From an uncultured Chloroflexia bacterium (lineage in GTDB: Bacteria > Chloroflexota > Anaerolineae > CG2-30-64-16): a stretch of 64,000 nucleotides of DNA. Shown piece by piece: positions 38,543 through 47,768 of this stretch (position 1 is the first letter of the stretch; each line of letters starts with the position of its first letter). The notes beneath the pieces were generated by a model, which had not been told where the DNA came from, did no database searches, and worked only from the letters and a program-made list of their open reading frames with translations. The DNA lies in NCBI GenBank assembly GCA_963810095.1, contig CAWEMM010000014.1, positions 192,001-256,000 of the forward strand, read 5' to 3'. The position numbers were made by a program, and so were the translations under genes.

Positions 38543-39055
38543 ATGACCGAGGAACCGAAGGTCGACGAGACCATGGGTAGCGAAGAGATGGGCAGCGCGG
38601 GGCAGACGACGACCGAGCGCAGCATCGCGGACGAACTCGCGAAGCTGGGCCAGCAGTTGGCCGCCGCGGCCCGCACGGCGTGGGAGAGCGAAGACCGCAA
38701 GCGCCTGCAGAGCGAGATCACGACCGGCGTGCAGCGCTTCGGCCAGGAGATCTCCACCGCGGCAAGCAAGGCAGTCGAGAGCGACCAGGCCAAGGAACTG
38801 AAGACGCGCGCCACCCGGGTGGCCGAGGACGTGCAGAAGACCGACGTGATCGAGGAAGTTCGCAAGGGCTTGCTGGTCGGCCTGGAAGCCATCAACCGCG
38901 AGCTCGGCAAGATGCTCGAGCGCATGGAGCCGAAGGCCGGCACGACTGAGGTCGGGTCCCCGTTCACCGATACGACCGGCGGCGAGACCGTTGTCGTCGC
39001 CGAAACGCCCATCGTGCCCGACGTGACCCCGGACGAGGAAAACCCCGTCGCGTAG
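38543..39055 (+). CDS. Hypothetical acidic helical protein
   Basis: 170-aa ORF with GGAGG RBS and strong GC3 bias; followed by a long hairpin. Confidence 0.8.
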   Translation: MTEEPKVDETMGSEEMGSAGQTTTERSIADELAKLGQQLAAAARTAWESEDRKRLQSEITTGVQRFGQEISTAASKAVESDQAKELKTRATRVAEDVQKTDVIEEVRKGLLVGLEAINRELGKMLERMEPKAGTTEVGSPFTDTTGGETVVVAETPIVPDVTPDEENPVA

Positions 39056-39078
39056 ACGGCCTCGATACCAAGTTACAG

Positions 39079-39142
39079 CAAACCAGGTTTCGCCCCAACA
39101 CGCTGCGACGGCAGGCAGTTGGGGGCGCCGAAGCCTGGTTTG
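39079..39142. repeat. REP-derived long hairpin between convergent genes (copy 5)
   Basis: caaaccaggtttcg-ccccaac...gttgggg-gcgc-cgaagcctggtttg; likely a bidirectional terminator. Confidence 0.7.
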
Positions 39143-39157
39143 TTTATTGTCCGGATC

Positions 39158-40609
39158 TCAGCTGCCCCCACCCTCCGGCGTCACGGCCTGCTCGTCGGCC
39201 ATGAGTTGGAAGACGTTCCAGCTCGCCCGGGCCAGGTCGCCCATGGTGGGGCTCGAGTAGGCCCATTCGAGCCACGTCGGGCGGTACAGGAACACCGAAA
39301 GCACAAACGGCCCTGCCGGCCCCCAAATCGCCGCCACGTCCCCATGCGTGTCGGGCACGTACCCGTGCTTGTGCACGGCTTTGGCGCCCTGGGGCAGCCC
39401 GCCCACGATCATCTCCTTCATCTCGTTAAGCGACATGAAGTCGAGCGCTTGCTGGCACTCCTCGGGCGTGATCTTGTTGTCATACAGCGCGATGAGCGTG
39501 CCGCCGCCCTGACTGCACGAGACCAGCATCTCGAGCGCGCTCCCGATGTCGCGCGGGGTCGTCTGCATGTACGGATCGGGCTGCGTGTTCATGTCCTTGC
39601 GCTGGTTCGCCTCGGTCACGATGTGCGGCGGGACGGCCATCTTGCGGTCGTACGGCGCAGCCATAAACGTGTTCGTCATCCCCAGCGCCTTGAACTGCTT
39701 GTTCATTTCCGCGACCCCGCGGTCCCAGTCGCCGTCGCCTACGATGCCCAACATCAAGTTCGCCGTGAAGTTCCCGCTGTGCATCATCGTTTCGCTGATC
39801 ACCTTGCTCGTCTCGATCCCAGGCGGCTGATCCAGCTTCCGGTAGACCTGTTCGAGGATGCCGATCTTGAGCGTGCTCGTGCCGGCGTAGGCCACATCCG
39901 CGTTGATCGCAATCTCTTCGCCTGTGGGCAAGTAGTGCAGCCAAACACTTCCGATGCCCGGGAACTGGTCGAGGCGGGCCTGCAGGAGCGATCCCAACGC
40001 CTTCACGTCGATCGGCTGGGGCGGGGTCACCTTCGTCGGCAGCTTCACCGACCGCGTCCCGGGACTGGCCAGGCCCGCAATCAACATCTTCTTGGCCTCG
40101 ACGCGGTCCGTTTCGAGGCCCGGCTTGCCGGGGGTCAGCGTTAGCGATTCCAGCACGGGCACGGGCGCGCCGGGCGGCCGGTCGTGCGTTTTGATCGCCT
40201 CGTCCAGCCAGGCGTCGAGCGCGGCTTCGTCATACCGGTAGTGCAAGGGGATGTCTACGGTCCGGGGCGTCCGCTCGAGCGAGTGCTCGACCAGGTAGCG
40301 CACCAGGAGGCCGGGCTGGTCCTGCGCCTGAGCCTCCTTGAGCATCGCGTACACGTCGACCTGGAACCCCACCGTCTCAGGCCGCAGCACCAGGCGCTCA
40401 TCGCCATGCCATACTTCGAGCGGCTCTTTCAGGCCCTGCGTCAGCGACGTCATCGCTTCGCTCTCGCTGGCGCCGTACACTTCGAGGCCGCCGACGCGTA
40501 CCCAGGCAGGCACGACGCCCGCCGTGCGCCGGTAACGGATGTAGGGCAGCGACAGAACTGCGACTGCGACGAGCAGCAGGATCAGCACTATCCGAAAAGT
40601 CTTACGCAA
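39158..40609 (-). CDS. Membrane-anchored class A beta-lactamase-like serine hydrolase with peptidoglycan-binding (PG_binding_4-like) N-domain
   Basis: N-terminal TM; STLK (SxxK), SGN (SxN), KHG; TTPRDIG. Confidence 0.85.
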   Translation of the reverse strand: MRKTFRIVLILLLVAVAVLSLPYIRYRRTAGVVPAWVRVGGLEVYGASESEAMTSLTQGLKEPLEVWHGDERLVLRPETVGFQVDVYAMLKEAQAQDQPGLLVRYLVEHSLERTPRTVDIPLHYRYDEAALDAWLDEAIKTHDRPPGAPVPVLESLTLTPGKPGLETDRVEAKKMLIAGLASPGTRSVKLPTKVTPPQPIDVKALGSLLQARLDQFPGIGSVWLHYLPTGEEIAINADVAYAGTSTLKIGILEQVYRKLDQPPGIETSKVISETMMHSGNFTANLMLGIVGDGDWDRGVAEMNKQFKALGMTNTFMAAPYDRKMAVPPHIVTEANQRKDMNTQPDPYMQTTPRDIGSALEMLVSCSQGGGTLIALYDNKITPEECQQALDFMSLNEMKEMIVGGLPQGAKAVHKHGYVPDTHGDVAAIWGPAGPFVLSVFLYRPTWLEWAYSSPTMGDLARASWNVFQLMADEQAVTPEGGGS

Positions 40610-40610
40610 C

Positions 40611-42203
40611 TTACTCCCACTCGATCGTGGCCGGAGGTTTCGAGCTTACGTCGTACACGACGCGATTCACTCCCGGCACCTCGTTGACAATGCGGTTGCT
40701 GATGCGTGCCAGTACGTCATAGGGCAGCCGGGCCCAGTCTGCCGTCATGAAGTCGTCCGTGGTGACCGCACGTATCGCTGCGGTGTCGGCATAGGTCCGG
40801 CCGTCGCCCATGACGCCGACCGAGCGCACCGGGAGCAGCACGACAAAGGCCTGCGACACCGCACGGTAGAGGCCGGCCGCCCGCAGTTCTTCGAGAAAAA
40901 TCGCATCCGCCCGGCGCAGCGTCTCCAGTCGCTCCCAGGTCACCTCGCCGATGATGCGGATGGCGAGGCCCGGACCGGGGAAGGGATGGCGCCAGACGAT
41001 TTCTTCAGGCAGGCCGAGCGCCTCGCCCACCAGACGCACTTCGTCCTTGAACAGGTTCCGCAGCGGCTCGATGAGCTTGAACTGCATATCTTCGGGCAAG
41101 CCACCGACGTTGTGGTGCGTCTTGATGGTGCGTGCGGTGCGCTGCTCCCCCCGGCTCGCCGACTCGATCACGTCGGGGTAGAGCGTGCCCTGGGCCAGGT
41201 ACTGGGCCGGGACCGCAGCCTTCGACCCCATCGCCGGCTGCTCAGCGCGCTCGGTCAAGGCTGCGTCCGCGGCGGCAGCCTCGAAGACCCGCACGAAGCG
41301 CTTGCCGATCCGTTTGCGCTTCTGCTCCGGGTCGGTGACCCCGGCCAGGTCGGCGAGGAAGTCCTCGGTCGCATTGATTGCGGCCAGCCGCATCCCCATG
41401 TGGCGCTGGAACGTTTCAATGACCTGGCTCGCTTCGCCCTGGCGCAGCAGCCCGTGGTCGACGAACACGCAGGTGAGTTGATCGCCAATGGCCCGGTGGA
41501 TGAGCGCGGCCGCGACGGCGGAGTCGACCCCGCCGCTGAGACCGCACACCACCCGGCCGTCGCCCACCTGCTTGCGGATGCCCTCGACCGACTCGACAAT
41601 GAAGTTCGCGGCGGTCCAATCGGGCCGGCAGCCGCAGATGTCGAGCACGAAGTTGTGGAGGAGGGCCTTGCCCTGAGGCGTGTGCTGCACTTCCGGGTGG
41701 AACTGGACGCCGTAGAGGCCCTTGGCCGGGTCGCCCATGGCTGCCACGGACGACGGAGTCGTCGCGAGCGGCGTAAAGGTCGGCGGCAGGTCGATCACGT
41801 GGTCGCCGTGGCTCATCCACACGCTCAGCTCGAGCGGCAGACCATAGAACAGCGCGGCGTCTTCGGCGACGACCGTGACGCCTGCATGGCCGTATTCGCG
41901 GCGGGCGGAGGCGTCTACGCGGCCGCCGAGGTTGTGGGCCAGCAGTTGCATCCCGTAGCAGATGCCCAGCACCGGCTTGCCGCTGGCGAGCACGTAGTCG
42001 GGCAGGCGCGGCGCTCCCGGATCATAGACGCTGCTGGGCCCGCCAGACAGGATGAAGCCCCGGGGGTTGAGCTCGGTGATCCGGGCCGCAGGCGCGTCCC
42101 ACGGAACCAGCTCGCAGTAGACGTGCAGCTCACGCACTCGCCGGGTGATGAGCTGCGCCGTCTGAGAGCCGTAGTCCAGGATCGCGATGCTATCGTGCTT
42201 CAT
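40611..42203 (-). CDS. guaA: GMP synthase (glutamine-hydrolysing)
   Basis: [46 protein letters not shown]. Confidence 0.98.
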   Translation of the reverse strand: MKHDSIAILDYGSQTAQLITRRVRELHVYCELVPWDAPAARITELNPRGFILSGGPSSVYDPGAPRLPDYVLASGKPVLGICYGMQLLAHNLGGRVDASARREYGHAGVTVVAEDAALFYGLPLELSVWMSHGDHVIDLPPTFTPLATTPSSVAAMGDPAKGLYGVQFHPEVQHTPQGKALLHNFVLDICGCRPDWTAANFIVESVEGIRKQVGDGRVVCGLSGGVDSAVAAALIHRAIGDQLTCVFVDHGLLRQGEASQVIETFQRHMGMRLAAINATEDFLADLAGVTDPEQKRKRIGKRFVRVFEAAAADAALTERAEQPAMGSKAAVPAQYLAQGTLYPDVIESASRGEQRTARTIKTHHNVGGLPEDMQFKLIEPLRNLFKDEVRLVGEALGLPEEIVWRHPFPGPGLAIRIIGEVTWERLETLRRADAIFLEELRAAGLYRAVSQAFVVLLPVRSVGVMGDGRTYADTAAIRAVTTDDFMTADWARLPYDVLARISNRIVNEVPGVNRVVYDVSSKPPATIEWE

Positions 42204-42216
42204 GGTCCAGCCCTTA

Positions 42217-42249
42217 ACAAACCGGGTTTCTGCCAGAAACCCGGTTCGT
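42217..42249. repeat. REP-like double palindrome, copy 6
   Basis: acaaaccgggtttctgccagaaacccggttcgt between xpt and guaA. Confidence 0.8.
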
Positions 42250-42821
42250 CATTCCTCCAGCGTGATCTTGCCATTATCCATCGCCGTGATCACTGCGAGC
42301 GTCTCGATGGGCACGCCAAGGTCGGCAAGTGCCTCTCGCCCGCCCTCAAAGCGCTTCTCGATCACGGCACCGATCGCGATGAGGTGTGCGCCCGAAGCCT
42401 GGACGAGCCGCACCAGGGCCCGAATCGTCTCGCCCCGCGCAAGAAAGTCGTCGATCACGAGCACGTGGTCGCGGGGTCCCAGGAACTCGGGTGAGATCAT
42501 CAACTCGGTCATAACGCCCTTGGTATGGGAGGGTGCGGAGGCCTTCATCGCGTTGGGGTGCATGGTCACCGGCTTCGTCTTCCGGGCGTAGACAACGGGG
42601 ATGCCGAGGGCCAGCCCTGTCGTCAGCGCCGGAGCGATGCCGCTGATCTCTGCAGTGACGATTTTGTCTGCGCCGAGATGTGCAAAGCGGGCGGCCAGCG
42701 CGCCGCCGACCGCCAGCATGAGTGCCGGGTCGACCTGGTGGTTGATGAAGCTGTCCACCTTTAGGATGCCGTGGCCGAGGTTAACGCCGTCGCGGCGGAT
42801 GCGGTCTTTCAAGAGCTCCAT
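42249..42821 (-). CDS. xpt: Xanthine phosphoribosyltransferase
   Basis: ILKVDSFINHQVDP, TAEISGIAPA, VIDDFLARG, IEKRFEGGR. Confidence 0.95.
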   Translation of the reverse strand: MELLKDRIRRDGVNLGHGILKVDSFINHQVDPALMLAVGGALAARFAHLGADKIVTAEISGIAPALTTGLALGIPVVYARKTKPVTMHPNAMKASAPSHTKGVMTELMISPEFLGPRDHVLVIDDFLARGETIRALVRLVQASGAHLIAIGAVIEKRFEGGREALADLGVPIETLAVITAMDNGKITLEE

Positions 42822-43020
42822 GGGCGTGACTCCTCTCGTCGCTGCTAGAGACAGATATTGTACCAAACGCAGGCCGAAATGGTGAAAGGCAGCCGCGCCA
42901 GCCGCAGTGGCCGGGTGTGGCTCGCGCGGTAGATGCCAGTGCCGGGGGCAAGTGATGTGCAATACGCGCAAATGCCAGCCGGCGTCAGCTAAATCCGCTA
43001 ATGACGTTAAAGAAAACGCG

Positions 43021-43058
43021 CTTGACACCGCAAGTTGTGAGCGGTATTATGTGTCAAG
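43021..43058 (+). promoter_or_regulatory. Sigma70 promoter bracketed by an inverted repeat, upstream of the second regulator/EPS locus
   Basis: TTGACA (43022-43027), 17 bp, TATTAT (43045-43050); CTTGACAC...GTGTCAAG arms. Confidence 0.75.
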
Positions 43059-43445
43059 TCATGAAGCGTTGACACTCATCCGAGATTTGAGCTACATGGA
43101 CCCGACTTCGTCGCAGCCACATGCCAATTCGCCCTGGGGGTTTGTTACCAGGCGGTCACTGACCGCCGACTGGATGCCTGGCGTTGAACCCGCGTTTGAT
43201 GCAGCCGGTCGTTCATCCCCTTGCGGTGGCTACTTCTGTCGCTACTGTATTCGTTCCGCGCATCCCTCGACCCGGGATGAGAGGACACCCGCCCTCAGCG
43301 CTCGCGCTCGCCGGACGTAGCATTCGCTCGAAGCACCGCACCCCGTTCACTCTCGTCCAAGCCCCTGCTTTTCCCTGCCCCCGCACGCTTCGACACGCAC
43401 CTTGTCTACTCGCCCCAGAGGCGCGGAGGACAAAGGAGGCACCAA

Positions 43446-44093
43446 GTGCGATTCCTGCTGGTTGACGACCACCCTATCTTCCTGAATGGACTGCTGCAGC
43501 TCCTGGCTGTGTCGGGCTTTGACGTTGTGGGTACGGCGCACGATGGCTTCGAAGCCCTTACCCAGACGCGTCTGCTCAAGCCCGACGTCGTGTTGATGGA
43601 TGTCCGGATGCCGCGTTGCGACGGGCTGGAAGGCACCCGCCTGGTCAAGGCCGAATTTCCCGACGTCCGCGTGGTCATGCTCACCGCCTGTGATGACGAC
43701 GATGCCCTGTTTGAAGCGATTCGGTGCGGCGCGTCGGGTTATCTGCTAAAGGGTCAGGACTCGGACGACTTTCTGCACGCACTTGCAGAACTGGCGCACG
43801 GCGACATTCCGCTGGCGCCAGGCTTAGCCCTACGCATCCTCGGTGAGTTTGCGCGTCTGGTCCCCCCGCCATCGGACGGAGGCAAGGATGGGACTGAGCT
43901 CTCGCCGCGGCAGACGGAGATTCTCGCACTTGTCGCAACCGGCATGACTTACAAGCAGATCGGGGACAAGCTGGGTCTCTCGGAGCGAACGGTCAAATAC
44001 TACATGAGCCAGACGCTAGCGCTGCTGCATCTCAAGGGCCGGGCAGAGGCCGTCTCCTACGCGCGGAGCCACAATCTCGCGGCACGATCCTGA
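43446..44093 (+). CDS. Orphan NarL/FixJ response regulator, paralog of 13964-14641
   Basis: RFLLVDDH, PDVVLMDVRMP, GYLLK, LSPRQTEILALVATGMTYKQIG..RTVKYYM; AGGAGG RBS, GTG start. Confidence 0.95.
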   Translation: MRFLLVDDHPIFLNGLLQLLAVSGFDVVGTAHDGFEALTQTRLLKPDVVLMDVRMPRCDGLEGTRLVKAEFPDVRVVMLTACDDDDALFEAIRCGASGYLLKGQDSDDFLHALAELAHGDIPLAPGLALRILGEFARLVPPPSDGGKDGTELSPRQTEILALVATGMTYKQIGDKLGLSERTVKYYMSQTLALLHLKGRAEAVSYARSHNLAARS

Positions 44094-44114
44094 TCTCCTG
44101 GTAGCCCCCGCGCA

Positions 44115-44250
44115 CTGCACTTCGTACTGCACCTTCCCGCCTGCACCTTTTGTTCTCCTGGCGCTCCTCGGTGTCCTCGCCTTGCCCTTTGCGCGGCCAG
44201 GCCTGTCCAAACTTGCCCCTGACACTGTCCCTTTCGCGCGCTCAAGGACA
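44115..44250 (+). promoter_or_regulatory. Array of TGYCCY/TGCACY motifs, candidate regulator half-sites
   Basis: TGCAC at 44116, 44128, 44142; TGYCC at 44172, 44183, 44204, 44214, 44226; inverted AAGGACA at 44244-44250. Confidence 0.45.
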
Positions 44251-44372
44251 ATGACAGCCACGACGAAAGTCTTATCCTAAGGTTGCTACTTCCGGAGCCA
44301 CTGTTGCGGCGACAGGGTTCTGTGTTCGAGCAACACCGGGACACCGGCGCAATGGGGGCGGGGGGTGATGAT

Positions 44373-44723
44373 ATGCATCGTCGGATTGCGCTCGTAGGGA
44401 AATCTGTGGGGCTCAACAGCATTGGCGCAGGCCTCGCAGGACGTCTGGACTTTGACTTGTTGCAGTACGCTGGCGAACTCGCTGACGTAGGCTTTTGGAT
44501 CGACGAGGTCGCGCCCGATGCGGTCATCTTCGACATCGCCGGGACGCAGGCCTGTCCGGTCGTCGCGCCGATGCGTCATCCCGGGCTGCTGCTGATCGGT
44601 TTGGATCTGTCGAGCCACGAGATGCTCGTGCTCTCCGGCGAGCAAGTTCAGCTCGCGACAGTCGATGACCTGTTAAGTGTTCTGTCACGCCCAGGTCACC
44701 TGACAGAGCTGTGTGGCAACTAG
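44373..44723 (+). CDS. Small degenerate receiver-like protein (116 aa)
   Basis: MHRRIALVGKSVGLNSIGAGL...APDAVIFDIA...HPGLLLIGLDLSSHEMLVLSG...VDDLLSVL; homologous to 13446-13803. Confidence 0.8.
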   Translation: MHRRIALVGKSVGLNSIGAGLAGRLDFDLLQYAGELADVGFWIDEVAPDAVIFDIAGTQACPVVAPMRHPGLLLIGLDLSSHEMLVLSGEQVQLATVDDLLSVLSRPGHLTELCGN

Positions 44724-44782
44724 GTTAGGAGTTGGGGCCGCTTGAGGCGCCGACGAGGGCGCGGCTGGTAGGAGACGGACTG

Positions 44783-47056
44783 ATGCAGACAGAAGAAACG
44801 GTCGAACTACGATGGATCCTTTCAGTGATCCGACGATGGTGGTGGCTCATCGCTGGATGCGCCGTAATCGCACTGGTCACTGGCCTCTTCACAACCTCTC
44901 GAATGGCTGCGGTCTACAAGGCCACCACGACCCTGTTGGTTGCGCCGGCGAAGCAAGCGACAACAAGCGAATATAACACCCTTATGGCTGGTGAACGCCT
45001 TGCCTTAACTTACGGTCAACTGCTGAAGGGGCGTTCGACTCTTGAGACCACGATCTCGCGCCTGGGTCTGAACGACACCCCCGAGACGCTTGAGAGGCGG
45101 GTCGAGACGACCCCCGTCAAAGACACGCAGCTCATTCGCGTCGCGGCGGTCGACACGTCGCCGAAACGGGCTGCCGCAATCGCTGATACCATCGCTGACG
45201 TCTTCACCGAGTATGCAGGAACGTTGCAGGAGGATCGCTATCGAAGCGATCTTGGGGACAAGCAGGCGAAAGCTGAAGCCCTGAGCGAGGCGATCGAGGA
45301 CACTCAAGCCAAGCTCGAAACTGCCAACGCCCAGAAGGTATCGGAGGAAGCTGAACTGGCACGACTGCAAGCGCTGTTCAGCGAATCTGGCAATGCTGCT
45401 CGGACGCTGGGACAGCAATTCGAGTCGCTTCAGCTGGCTGCCGAGCGGGCAAAGAATTCACTGACGGTGGTGGAAACCCCCCACGCATCTGCCATCGGCA
45501 CGACTCGACGCTACACTGCGACCGCCACGCTCCTGGTCGATCCTGGCGGTGCCAATCTCCAATCAGACTACTCGGGAATCCTCGCCAGCGAGCGGTTGGC
45601 CAGCACGTATGCCGAAATGTTGACCGGACCGTCAGTGATACAGGCGGCCATCGCCCAGTTGGGGAATAGTGAGACCTTGGAAGAGCGCGGAATCAGGGTG
45701 AAAGCAGAGCCGATTGCGGAAACGCAGCTTTTGCGGCTTGAGATTACCGCCCCGAGTGCGCAGCAGGCGACTCAAGTGGCCGATGCAATTATTCGAGCTT
45801 TTACGGAAGATCTGCGCGAGCTTTTGGGGAAGCCCTATGATACCCGCCTCATTCCGATGCAGACAGAGATTGCCCGTCTGCAAGGGGTGATCGCTGACAC
45901 TGGGGCCGAAATTCACCAACGCAATGCTGCCAAGCTCCAGAGCGAGAGCGAGTCGATGCGGCTTAGCAACCTTCTGACCGAGCAGCGTAACGACTACCGC
46001 GCAGTGCAGCAAGACTATGAGGAACTTCGCTTAGTGGCGAGTGAGGCCTCGGACACCGTTGTTATCACCGACCGCGCTGAAATTCCGCAGCGTCCCGCCC
46101 AAAACAGAATGCTTTACGTTCTGCTTGCCGTGGCCGTCGCAATGTTGGGAGCTTTCGGCGCTGCCTTCGTACACGACTACCTTGATGACTCTGTTAAGAC
46201 GGCGAACGACGTGACCAGCGCGCTCGGGCTGAGCACGCTAGGAGCGATTGTCTGGCTAGGCGAGGAAGGGAAGCTGCCGATTGTCGTCTCACGACCGCAG
46301 TCACCAGGTGCTGAAGGCTTTCGTATGCTCGCCACGAACATTCGCCTGGCCGGTCTCGATCGGCGCCTTCGCACGATCCTGGTGGTCAGTCCCGCGCCCG
46401 GCGAAGGCAAATCTACGGTCGGAGCTAATCTAGCAGTCGCAATGGCGAGAAGCGGCCTTCAGGTTTTGCTCGTCGATGCTGATCTTCGCAAGCCGCGGCT
46501 CCACGAGTTATTCGGGCTCGACCCGTTCGACGGACTGACCGAGTCCCTCGCAGAAGGATCTGCTGACCGATTCGTGAAATCTACAGGAGTGGAGGGAGTC
46601 AGAATCCTGACGAGCGGCAAGTTACCCGCAGACCCGGTGGGCGCACTTAGCTCAGTCCCGATGGAGCGGCTGCTCGAGGACCTTGCGCACCAGACAGACT
46701 TGCTCATTCTAGACAGTCCGCCGCTTCTTTCGGTGGCCGACGCGGCGATCCTGGGCGCGCGTGCCGATGGCGTGTTATTGGTGCTGCGCAGCGGCCGGAC
46801 GGGGAGTCGAACAGCACGAAGTGCGATGGAAGTCCTCCAGCAGGCCAGGACCCACGTACTCGGCGCGGTGCTTAACGCCATGCCTATCAGCAGCCACGGC
46901 TACTATCAGTACTACAGCAAGAGAGCCGGTCGCGACGGTCGCCTAAGTTGGCCGCCTCGGGCACCGGGCCTCTCTCGGCGGGACAGAATCAGACGGCTTA
47001 CTCCGCGCTACCTGCATGCGAGCGCAGATTCAGTGTCTGACCAGCAAGGTGAATGA
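44783..47056 (+). CDS. wzc: Wzc-like polysaccharide co-polymerase/tyrosine autokinase with duplicated extracellular module
   Basis: IRRWWWLI TM, YKATTTLLV, second TM, AEGFRMLATNI, SPAPGEGKS, LLVDADLRKP, ILDSPP, GAVLN, GYYQYY. Confidence 0.9.
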   Translation: MQTEETVELRWILSVIRRWWWLIAGCAVIALVTGLFTTSRMAAVYKATTTLLVAPAKQATTSEYNTLMAGERLALTYGQLLKGRSTLETTISRLGLNDTPETLERRVETTPVKDTQLIRVAAVDTSPKRAAAIADTIADVFTEYAGTLQEDRYRSDLGDKQAKAEALSEAIEDTQAKLETANAQKVSEEAELARLQALFSESGNAARTLGQQFESLQLAAERAKNSLTVVETPHASAIGTTRRYTATATLLVDPGGANLQSDYSGILASERLASTYAEMLTGPSVIQAAIAQLGNSETLEERGIRVKAEPIAETQLLRLEITAPSAQQATQVADAIIRAFTEDLRELLGKPYDTRLIPMQTEIARLQGVIADTGAEIHQRNAAKLQSESESMRLSNLLTEQRNDYRAVQQDYEELRLVASEASDTVVITDRAEIPQRPAQNRMLYVLLAVAVAMLGAFGAAFVHDYLDDSVKTANDVTSALGLSTLGAIVWLGEEGKLPIVVSRPQSPGAEGFRMLATNIRLAGLDRRLRTILVVSPAPGEGKSTVGANLAVAMARSGLQVLLVDADLRKPRLHELFGLDPFDGLTESLAEGSADRFVKSTGVEGVRILTSGKLPADPVGALSSVPMERLLEDLAHQTDLLILDSPPLLSVADAAILGARADGVLLVLRSGRTGSRTARSAMEVLQQARTHVLGAVLNAMPISSHGYYQYYSKRAGRDGRLSWPPRAPGLSRRDRIRRLTPRYLHASADSVSDQQGE

Positions 47057-47700
47057 TGCGCGCTAGCCGTCGGATAATCGTAGGGGCCCTGGCCGGAATT
47101 ACTGTACTCGTGCTAGTGGCTCACGAGTCAATCCTGATGGCGATCGGCGATTTCCTTGTGATTTCCGACACGCTCAAGCCTGCGGACGTGATTCATGTTG
47201 TGAGTGGCGCCGACTACCGGACGGACTACGCAGTGCGGCTTTACAACCAGCATCTGGGCCGCCAGATTTTTTTCACCGGCGGGTGGTGCGTTTATCACGG
47301 ATACTACCATGGTGAGCACGGATCAGAGCGTGCACGGGCCTACGGTGTCGAACTGCAAAGCATCGCGTTTGATGAATCGCCGGTGACGAGCACCTATGCG
47401 GAGGCCTCCAGGCTTAAAGAGTTCACTGAGCTAAGCGGCACACCTGCCGTCCGCTCGGTGATCGTGATTAGCGATCCATATCACATGCGGCGAGTTCGCT
47501 GGACGTACAGAAAGGTGCTTGGCGACCAAGTCGCGATCGAACTTGCGCCCGTGCCTTTCGTCATGACGCCGTATCAGCGGCGTTGGTGGGAGGACCCGGC
47601 TTCGAGGCAATACGTGCAGAGTGAGTACATTAAGCTCGTGTACTATTTCGCACGGTATCAGCTCGGGTGGACTTGGCTGGCTCGGTTCGACCGGGAATGA
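47053..47700 (+). CDS. YdcF/DUF218 (ElyC/SanA-like) protein
   Basis: ADVIHVVSG, FFTGG, STYAEA, VISDPYHMRR, SEYIKLVYY. Confidence 0.85.
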   Translation: MMRASRRIIVGALAGITVLVLVAHESILMAIGDFLVISDTLKPADVIHVVSGADYRTDYAVRLYNQHLGRQIFFTGGWCVYHGYYHGEHGSERARAYGVELQSIAFDESPVTSTYAEASRLKEFTELSGTPAVRSVIVISDPYHMRRVRWTYRKVLGDQVAIELAPVPFVMTPYQRRWWEDPASRQYVQSEYIKLVYYFARYQLGWTWLARFDRE

Positions 47701-47768
47701 GGCTCGGTAAGCAAGGCCATTTCGTCCTACACTCATTGAGAGCCATTCGCCGACGCGGGAGGATCTGT

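Noticed and set aside
39158-40609. Beta-lactam resistance gene
   Set aside because: It is a membrane-anchored, PG-binding-domain fused homolog in a housekeeping operon, more consistent with a cell-wall serine hydrolase than a mobile beta-lactamase.
42822-43020. Purine riboswitch upstream of xpt-guaA
   Set aside because: No purine aptamer consensus was seen, and an extended -10-like TGGTACAAT lies only about 35-45 bp upstream of the xpt ATG, leaving no room for one.
43035-43044. TTGTGAGCGG identical to part of the E. coli lac operator (vector contamination or LacI site)
   Set aside because: It is only a 10-bp match inside a promoter spacer, with no symmetric second half and no other vector sequence; likely chance.
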